This document shows positions 58,076 to 64,000 of a stretch of DNA of 64,000 nucleotides, one piece after another (within the stretch, counting starts at the first letter, position 1; each line of letters begins with the position of its first letter). The notes beneath the pieces are model-generated. The model saw only the letters and a list, made by a program, of their open reading frames with translations, was not told the DNA's origin and made no database searches. The translations under genes and the position numbers were made by a program. The stretch comes from Chloroflexota bacterium (GTDB taxonomy: Bacteria > Chloroflexota > Dehalococcoidia > Bin125). Location of the stretch: NCBI GenBank assembly GCA_026707145.1, contig JAPOXK010000003.1, positions 14,713 through 78,712 of the forward strand. Direction: 5' to 3'.

Positions 58076-60081
58076 GTACGCCTCCCGAGTATCAAGTGAC
58101 CCTCGCGTTGCGGCGTTGCTTGCCACCCAGGCGGCACCAAGACGGTCGTATCCATCTGGGTCAGGACGGCCGGGCCCCGGATCCCGCGCCGCCCAACCGC
58201 TGCACGCGGAAGGACGCGCGTACGGCGCGGTCGGTCCCAGACAACGACTGCGCGCTGCTCCGCCGCCGCCGTGTCAGTGGCCTGTGCGGTGGTGCCGAGA
58301 GGGACACGGAAACCCGGCGCGCGCGCTTTTATCCTCGCGACGACGACTTCGATCGCGCGCTCAGCGTCGCTGTGGCCGAAGCGCTCCTCGTGCGCCAGCG
58401 CGAAAGCGCGTCGGATCGTACTTCCTGCCAATCCCCGCCCCAGCCGGACGCGCAATTCATGCGACTGTCCGGCGTAACGCAAGTCCGCCCAGCGCTCGAT
58501 GCGGACGCGGCTTCGATAGCCCTCCAGAGCGAGCGCCTCCCGCGCCTGCTGCTCCAGCCGCTCGAACGTCTGCGTCAGCTCGCTCACGGCACCGGTGACA
58601 GCGGGATCGAGATATAGAACGAGGCCTTGCTCGACATCCTTGACCACGTCCGCTTGCAGCATTCCCATCGCCGAGAGTACGCCCGGAGCCTGGGGCACGA
58701 TCACGGTTCCGATGCCGAGTTCCTCGGCGAGGTCGCAGGCATGGAGGGGTCCCGCGCCGCCAAATGCGACGAGCGCCGCCTCCGCTGGATCCTGTCCTCG
58801 TTCCACGGAGATCAGGCGTAATGCCCGGGCCATGTTGGCATTGACGACGCTGATCACGGCCTGCGCTGTGCGGCGGGTATCGCTACCGAAGGGCGCCGCG
58901 ATCGAGGCGATCGCTCGCTCGGCCCGGTCGCTGTGCAACGCCATCGCACCTCCCAGGAAGCGGTCGACTGGTAGTCGGCTCAGCACGATGTGCGCGTCGG
59001 TCACCGTGGGCGTCGTCCCGTTTCCGTACGCTGCGGGTCCGGGCACGGCGCCCGCACTTTGCGGTCCGACACGCAGCGCGCCGCCTTCGTCGATCCACGC
59101 GATCGATCCCCCGCCCGCTCCGACGGAATGCACGTCCACGGTCGGAGTGCGAATCGGGATACCGCCGATCGTGAGATCGGCGCGCTCGCCGATCTCACCG
59201 CGGCAAAAGCTCACGTCGGTCGATGTGCCTCCCATATCGAATGCGATCACCGTTGGGTGTCCCGCCGCCCGGCCGACGCGAAGCGCCCCTGCGACCCCGC
59301 CTGCGGGACCAGACAGCACAGTGCGCACCGCCTCCTTCGACGCCTGTTCCGCGCCGATGCTGCCGCCGTTGGATTGCATGATTCGCAGCCGGCCCCCGCC
59401 GCCCTCCGCTCGTAACCCCTCCGCCAGACGGCCGAGGTAGCGCCCCATCACGGGCGAGACGTACGCGTTGGCGACGGTCGTGCTGGTCCGCTCGTACTCA
59501 CGGTGCTCCGGCAGGAGTTCGTGAGACACGGTGACCGTCATCCCGCGCCTGCGCGCCTCCGCGGCGATACGTCGTTCGTGGGTCGGATCGAGGAAGGAGA
59601 ACAAGAGGCAAACGGCGAGCGCCTCAGCCCGGCTTCGCTCGACGCGATCGAGCACTGCGGAAACGTCCGCCTCATCCAGCGGCACGATCACGCTGCCGTT
59701 GCCCGCGACGCGCTCATACACTTCAAAGCGGCGTCCATCCGGGACGAGCGGTGGTGGCTTGGTGGGCTGGAGCGCATAGATGTCCGGTCGCTCCTGCCGC
59801 CCGATGATCAGCGTGTCGCGGAAGCCCTTGGTCGTCACGAGCGCGGTGCGCGCGCCCCGGCGCGTCAGGAGGGCGTTGGTCGCGACAGTGGACCCGTGGA
59901 CGACTTCCTCGGGCTGCCAGCCTGTCTCGCGAATGCCCGACAGTACGGCTTCTTCCGGGTTGCGAGGGGTACTGGGACGTTTCTCGACACGGAGTTGACG
60001 GCCATCCCAAAACAGGAAATCCGTGAACGTGCCGCCCACGTCGACCCCGAGCAGCTGCCGACCCCGCCGCGCCGCCACCAT
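58072..60081 (-). CDS. Hydantoinase A/oxoprolinase-family protein (HyuA-type, ATP-binding subunit)
   Basis: From ATG 60081 (MVAARRGRQLLGVDVGGTFTDFLF), 669 aa. ASKHA-fold phosphate motifs DVGGTFTD and FDMGGTSTD. Lies 2 nt after the nitroreductase stop. Confidence 0.88.
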   Translation of the reverse strand: MVAARRGRQLLGVDVGGTFTDFLFWDGRQLRVEKRPSTPRNPEEAVLSGIRETGWQPEEVVHGSTVATNALLTRRGARTALVTTKGFRDTLIIGRQERPDIYALQPTKPPPLVPDGRRFEVYERVAGNGSVIVPLDEADVSAVLDRVERSRAEALAVCLLFSFLDPTHERRIAAEARRRGMTVTVSHELLPEHREYERTSTTVANAYVSPVMGRYLGRLAEGLRAEGGGGRLRIMQSNGGSIGAEQASKEAVRTVLSGPAGGVAGALRVGRAAGHPTVIAFDMGGTSTDVSFCRGEIGERADLTIGGIPIRTPTVDVHSVGAGGGSIAWIDEGGALRVGPQSAGAVPGPAAYGNGTTPTVTDAHIVLSRLPVDRFLGGAMALHSDRAERAIASIAAPFGSDTRRTAQAVISVVNANMARALRLISVERGQDPAEAALVAFGGAGPLHACDLAEELGIGTVIVPQAPGVLSAMGMLQADVVKDVEQGLVLYLDPAVTGAVSELTQTFERLEQQAREALALEGYRSRVRIERWADLRYAGQSHELRVRLGRGLAGSTIRRAFALAHEERFGHSDAERAIEVVVARIKARAPGFRVPLGTTAQATDTAAAEQRAVVVWDRPRRTRVLPRAAVGRRGIRGPAVLTQMDTTVLVPPGWQATPQREGHLILGRRT

Positions 60082-60083
60082 GC

Positions 60084-60722
60084 TTAGCTCTCGGTGCGCC
60101 GGGTCCCCCAGCGGTCCCAGTGCGTGACATCCGCCGCCGGGCGGCGCCGGGGAGCGCCCCACTTCCCTTCGGGATAGCCGATGGGGATCACGCAGATCAC
60201 ATGCACGCTCTCTGGCAGACCGAGGATCGCCTGTACGGCTTCCTGACGATGGGCATGCAACGTGGTCAGCGTCGTGCCAAGGCCGCGCGTCCGCGCGGCC
60301 AGCAGCATGTTCTGGACGGCCGGGTAGATCGAGCCGTAGAAGGCTGCGGCCGACTCGGGCTTGCTGGGAAATTTACCGCGCATGCAAGCGGCGATCAGAG
60401 CTGGTGCCTCGCCGAAGTGCTCGACGAGATGCCGGCTGCTCTCATACAGCCTGTGCGTCTGAGGTTCCATCGAGATCGGATCCGGTGCGCCGCCGAAAAA
60501 CTGGGCGAGGTAATCGGTGCCGACCTCGCGGTAGATCTCGCCCATTTTCCGCCGTTGCTTTGCGTCTGTGATGACGATGAACGCCCAATTCTGGATGTTG
60601 CCGCCGCTCGGCGCCCGCGTGGCCGCTTCCACGATGGCTCGCAGGTCGGCTTCCGCAACCGCGTCGGGCTTGAGCCGGCGCATTGAGCGTAGAGTTCCGA
60701 TCGCTTCATCCAGCCGCATCAC
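60084..60722 (-). CDS. Nitroreductase-family flavoprotein
   Basis: 212 aa. RSMRRLKPDAV...EAATRAPSGGNIQNWAFIV, typical nitroreductase N-terminal FMN-binding segment. Confidence 0.8.
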   Translation of the reverse strand: MMRLDEAIGTLRSMRRLKPDAVAEADLRAIVEAATRAPSGGNIQNWAFIVITDAKQRRKMGEIYREVGTDYLAQFFGGAPDPISMEPQTHRLYESSRHLVEHFGEAPALIAACMRGKFPSKPESAAAFYGSIYPAVQNMLLAARTRGLGTTLTTLHAHRQEAVQAILGLPESVHVICVIPIGYPEGKWGAPRRRPAADVTHWDRWGTRRTES

Positions 60723-60732
60723 GACATCCCCT

Positions 60733-61596
60733 TCAGCTAGCGGAGCAGCGTTCCGTCGCCATTGTCGGCGGATTCAGCGATCCCGAGCGAAAGCCCCCCA
60801 GATCGAGCACGACGAAGCGGTAACCGAGCCCGCGGAGCCGTGTCTCGATCAGCTTGCGTTGCATGATCGCCAGGTCGATCCCGGCGGCGTCGGTTTCGAT
60901 GCGGGCGATCTCGCCGTGGTGCCGCACGCGCACCTCTCGCAGTCCCAGGGTTCGGAGGAACGCCTCGGCTGCCTCGACCTGCTCCAGCAGTTCGATGGTG
61001 ACAGCCGTGCCGGGCGGGATACGACTTGCCAAGCAGGCCATCGCCGGCTTGTCCCAGGTCGGCAGATGGAGCTTGCGGCTGAGGGCTCGGACCTCCGCCT
61101 TTCCCAATCTCGCTTCTAGCAACGGGCTCTTGACGCCGTACTCGCGCGCGGCCCGCAGCCCCGGACGGTAGTCGCCAAGGTCGTCGACGTTGGTGCCGTT
61201 CAAAACCACGGCGTCGCGTGCGATCGCCAGGGAACGGAGCGCCGCGTACAGCTCGCTTTTGCAGTGGTAGCAACGATCACCGGCGTTCGTTACATACCCC
61301 TCACGAGACAGCTCCTGCGTGTCGATGACGCGGTGCGCGACGCCGATCTTCGCTGCCAGCGCCACGGCCTCCTCGTACTCACTGGCGGGCAGGGACGGGG
61401 AACGTCCCGTGACGGCGATGGCACGCCTGCCCAGTACCGCGGCTGCGACGGCCGCTACGAGCGTGCTGTCGACGCCCCCGCTGAAAGCTACGATCGCGGC
61501 GCCGTAGCCCTGGATCGTCTCATGGAGGCACTCCTCCTTGCTTGCCAGCGTAGCCGGTGTGCTTTGCGGCGATCGCCGCGCTGCCTGTGTCTCCAT
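60733..61596 (-). CDS. larE: PP-loop ATP pyrophosphatase, LarE-like (ATP-dependent sulfur transferase family)
   Basis: From ATG 61596 (METQAARR...), 287 aa. PP-loop AFSGGVDSTL, CYHCK, and ACLASRIP (the position of the sacrificial Cys motif in LarE). The ORF-track start 61878 would overlap rplY. Confidence 0.7.
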   Translation of the reverse strand: METQAARRSPQSTPATLASKEECLHETIQGYGAAIVAFSGGVDSTLVAAVAAAVLGRRAIAVTGRSPSLPASEYEEAVALAAKIGVAHRVIDTQELSREGYVTNAGDRCYHCKSELYAALRSLAIARDAVVLNGTNVDDLGDYRPGLRAAREYGVKSPLLEARLGKAEVRALSRKLHLPTWDKPAMACLASRIPPGTAVTIELLEQVEAAEAFLRTLGLREVRVRHHGEIARIETDAAGIDLAIMQRKLIETRLRGLGYRFVVLDLGGFRSGSLNPPTMATERCSAS

Positions 61597-61702
61597 TGGG
61601 CCCGTTCTCCGAGATCTGCCCTCAATCATAAAGGGGTCGTGCTGCCAACCGAACTCTGCTTGGTTGCTTCTGTCCGGCTGCGGGTCTAGCGTCGGAAGCG
61701 CT

Positions 61703-62398
61703 ATGACTGCGAATGGCGTTCTTTTTCTGCAATCGCGCCAGGTCGTTGGCAAGAAAGTTGCCCGGCTTCGCCGGCAGGGCATCGTTCCCGCCAACATTTG
61801 CGGGCGAGGATTGCCCTCGGTGGCCGTCCAAGCGCCGCTTGCGGAGCTGCGTGCAGCCTTCCGGGAGCGTGGCCGCAACGCGGTCGTGGAAGTACAGGTT
61901 CAGGGCGAGGACGGCACGCGTCCCGTGCTGCTACGGGAAATCCAGCGCAATCCCGTGACCGACGAGGTTCAGCATGTCGAGTTCTACCAAGTCGACTTGA
62001 CTCGCCGCGTTCACGCGCAGGTCGAGGTCGCGTTGGTCGGCGACTCGGAAGCCGTTCATCTGGGAGGCGTGTTGGTCCATCCCCAGACAACGGTCGAAGT
62101 CGAGGCGCTGCCCGGCGAGATTCCGGATCGATTCGAGGTCGATATCTCCGCCCTCGCGTCGTTCGGCGACGCGATCCATGTGGGCGAGCTCACCGTTCCC
62201 GGCGGCGTGCGTATCCTCACTGATGCCAGCGCCGTGGTCGTCGCAGCGCAGGCTCCTCGGGTGCAAGAGGAAGAAACGGCTCCTTCCGAGGAAGACATGG
62301 ATGTGGGAGTGACTGAGAGCGGAGAAGCGGCAGAGGACGCAAGCAGAGCTGGAGCGGATGCCGCTGCGCTGCCCGGCGGCGAAGCCGAGCAAGACTAG
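61703..62398 (+). CDS. rplY: 50S ribosomal protein L25/general stress protein Ctc (long form)
   Basis: From ATG 61703, KVARLRRQGIVPANI...RNAVVEVQV...VLLREIQRNPVTDEVQHVEFYQV, plus the Ctc-type C-terminal domain and an acidic tail. Confidence 0.88.
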   Translation: MTANGVLFLQSRQVVGKKVARLRRQGIVPANICGRGLPSVAVQAPLAELRAAFRERGRNAVVEVQVQGEDGTRPVLLREIQRNPVTDEVQHVEFYQVDLTRRVHAQVEVALVGDSEAVHLGGVLVHPQTTVEVEALPGEIPDRFEVDISALASFGDAIHVGELTVPGGVRILTDASAVVVAAQAPRVQEEETAPSEEDMDVGVTESGEAAEDASRAGADAAALPGGEAEQD

Positions 62399-62399
62399 C

Positions 62400-63350
62400 T
62401 CACCCCAACCGACCTCCCAAGAACCGCCGCTCTCCCCGCGCGAACGCCTTCGCGGTCATCGGCCGCTTTCCCTCGCGCTGCAGCTCGTGCAGAATCAGGA
62501 TTCCAGCGCCCGTCTGCACGCCAATCCAGCCCTCCGCCTGCAATACGGTCCCCGGCTTGCCGCCCGGCACCGCTGGCCCTGCCTCCGCCTGCCGCACCCG
62601 CAGCAACGTGTCGCCCAGCGTCGTCGTCGCGCCGGGCCATGGCGTGAACGCGCGCACCGTGCGGGCGATCTGATCGGCCGACTCACTCCAATCGATCCGT
62701 CCCTCTTCCTTTTTCAAGCGTGGCGCCTTCGTTGCTCGCGACTCGTCTTGGGGTTCTGCCACGATCTCTCCCGCGATCCAGCGCGGGATCGTCTCCAGCA
62801 GCAGATCCGCGCCGATCTGGGCCAGCCGCTCGCTCAGTGACGCGGTGGTATCGGTGCCGCGGATCGGCACGACGTGCTTGCTGAGCATGGCGCCCGTGTC
62901 CACCCCCTCGTCGACCAGCATGATCGTCACGCCCGTTTCCGAGTCGCCCGCTCGGATCGCGGCTGCCACCGGTGCGGCACCTCTCCAACGCGGGAGCAGG
63001 GAGGCGTGCACGTTGAGTGTGCCGTGTGCCGGCAGATCCAGGACGGCGCGGCGGATGATCTGGCCATAAGCTGCGATCACCTGAAGGTTGGGCTTGTATG
63101 CGGCGAGCGCCGCGACACTTTCGGGCTCGCGTAGCCGCTCTGGCTGAATGACGGGCACGCCCGCTTCCTCGGCGGCGATTTTGGCCGGCGGGGCGGTGAG
63201 CTTCCGTGACCGGCCCGCCGGACGATCTGGCTGGGTGACGACGACCACCGGTCGCCAAGGGCTCCCGATCAGCGCGCGGAGAGTGGGTACCGCGAACTCC
63301 GGCGATCCGAAAAAGGCGAGGCGAATGGCGTTGGGCGTCCCCGAGCTCAT
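62400..63350 (-). CDS. fmt: Methionyl-tRNA formyltransferase
   Basis: From ATG 63350 (MSSGTPNAIRLAFFGSPEFAVPTL). Motifs VVTQPDRPAGR, LNVHASLLPRWRGAAP. ATGA overlap with the upstream DUF62 gene. Confidence 0.9.
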   Translation of the reverse strand: MSSGTPNAIRLAFFGSPEFAVPTLRALIGSPWRPVVVVTQPDRPAGRSRKLTAPPAKIAAEEAGVPVIQPERLREPESVAALAAYKPNLQVIAAYGQIIRRAVLDLPAHGTLNVHASLLPRWRGAAPVAAAIRAGDSETGVTIMLVDEGVDTGAMLSKHVVPIRGTDTTASLSERLAQIGADLLLETIPRWIAGEIVAEPQDESRATKAPRLKKEEGRIDWSESADQIARTVRAFTPWPGATTTLGDTLLRVRQAEAGPAVPGGKPGTVLQAEGWIGVQTGAGILILHELQREGKRPMTAKAFARGERRFLGGRLG

Positions 63351-64000
63351 CGCGGCCAGCTCCGCGCCGAAACGGGCCGTATTCGGACCGGCGTCCCCGC
63401 ATGCAACCCGAGCCGGTCGGCGGCATTTCCCCGAGGCCAAGCGATCTCGATGTAGCCACCGCTACCTCCGAGAGCGACCGGGTGATCAGGAGGTCCGCTT
63501 GTGTAGCTCTTGACGGAGGTCGCGGCGCCCGCGTCGCCGACTTCGATCAGAAAAGTTGGCGACGCATCGGCGGTGCGGAAGTTCGTGATCGCATTGCCGA
63601 AGCTGTCGATGTGCATGATGCGCCCTGTCCCCTGTCCGTCGTTGAGCGTCGCGTGCAGCGGCGGCGCGGCCCGCACTGCAGCGATGAACGCGCCAGTCTC
63701 AGCGATCGGCGTACTGGCGGCTAGGGCCGCCCCAACCGGCGCTATCAAGTCTCGCCCATGGAAGGTGCTCGAGACGGGCTCTCGCCGAAAGGTGGAGTTG
63801 CTGATTTCAACGGCCGTGACCGCTGCGAGTAGGGCGACCGTGCGGATCGCGTCTCGCGGCCGCAGGGCGTCCGGCAGCCCGCTGCTGAGCACGCCCGTGT
63901 CCGGCCCGATATAGAAATTCCCTTCGCTTGCGATCGCCACGAGCCGCCGGTCGCCGCCGACGCCGGGGTCGACGACGACGAGATGCACTGTTCCCGGCGG
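63347..64000 (-). CDS. SAM hydrolase/SAM-dependent halogenase family protein (DUF62; 5' end beyond window)
   Basis: VHLVVVDPGVGGDRR, IGPDTGVLS, STFHGRDLIAP, IDSFGNAITN are typical of S-adenosyl-L-methionine hydroxide adenosyltransferase-like proteins. The frame remains open to position 64000. Confidence 0.75.
   Translation of the reverse strand, partial: PPGTVHLVVVDPGVGGDRRLVAIASEGNFYIGPDTGVLSSGLPDALRPRDAIRTVALLAAVTAVEISNSTFRREPVSSTFHGRDLIAPVGAALAASTPIAETGAFIAAVRAAPPLHATLNDGQGTGRIMHIDSFGNAITNFRTADASPTFLIEVGDAGAATSVKSYTSGPPDHPVALGGSGGYIEIAWPRGNAADRLGLHAGTPVRIRPVSARSWPR

Overview
GC-rich (roughly two-thirds G+C in the lines I sampled), very gene-dense bacterial chromosomal window. I call about 57 protein genes, and most abut or overlap by 1-4 nt (ATGA/GTGA/TGATG junctions). 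The content is almost entirely core housekeeping.

(1) 1-12.2 kb, minus strand: a complete dcw cell-wall/division cluster, mraZ-rsmH-ftsL-ftsI-murF-mraY-murD-ftsW-murG-murC-murB. murE is absent. murB was found by manual translation and runs off the left edge.

(2) 12.4-21 kb, plus strand: mog, trmD, rplS, priA, def, yajC, secD, secF.

(3) 21-31 kb: selB, a deacetylase, a quinone oxidoreductase, hemW, a luciferase-like monooxygenase, a single-chain triple RidA protein, and aspS.

(4) 31-41.6 kb, plus strand: a peptide-type ABC importer without ATPase genes, then tig-clpP-clpX, tlyA, nadK, a GNAT and a NUDIX hydrolase.

(5) 41.7-53.2 kb: a TCA supercluster. A non-classical type-E succinate dehydrogenase (sdhA, sdhB, HdrB-like CCG subunit) converges on two tandem PPOX/F420-type paralogs, fumC, mdh, aconitase and an acyl-CoA carboxyltransferase.

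(6) 53.4-61.6 kb, minus strand: a tightly coupled array, LarE-like, nitroreductase, hyuA, orf143, hyuB, a 2-TM protein, an M28 lipoprotein peptidase and a LysM lipoprotein.

(7) 61.7-64 kb: rplY, fmt and a DUF62 SAM-hydrolase-family gene that runs off the right edge.

I see no rRNA, tRNA, CRISPR array, IS/transposase, integrase or phage genes, and no recognisable defence system.

The taxon is probably a high-GC Chloroflexota/Thermomicrobia-like organism. This is a low-confidence inference from gene content only.

The features least explained by standard annotation are:
- a 150-nt rod-like nested-helix element in the only large intergenic gap (45.5 kb);
- the triple-RidA fusion lacking the canonical RidA arginine;
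- the hyuA-orf143-hyuB array with a P-loop-like but lysine-less small subunit;
- an M28 peptidase with no canonical start codon.

None of these is proven novel from sequence alone. This is mostly an ordinary core region.
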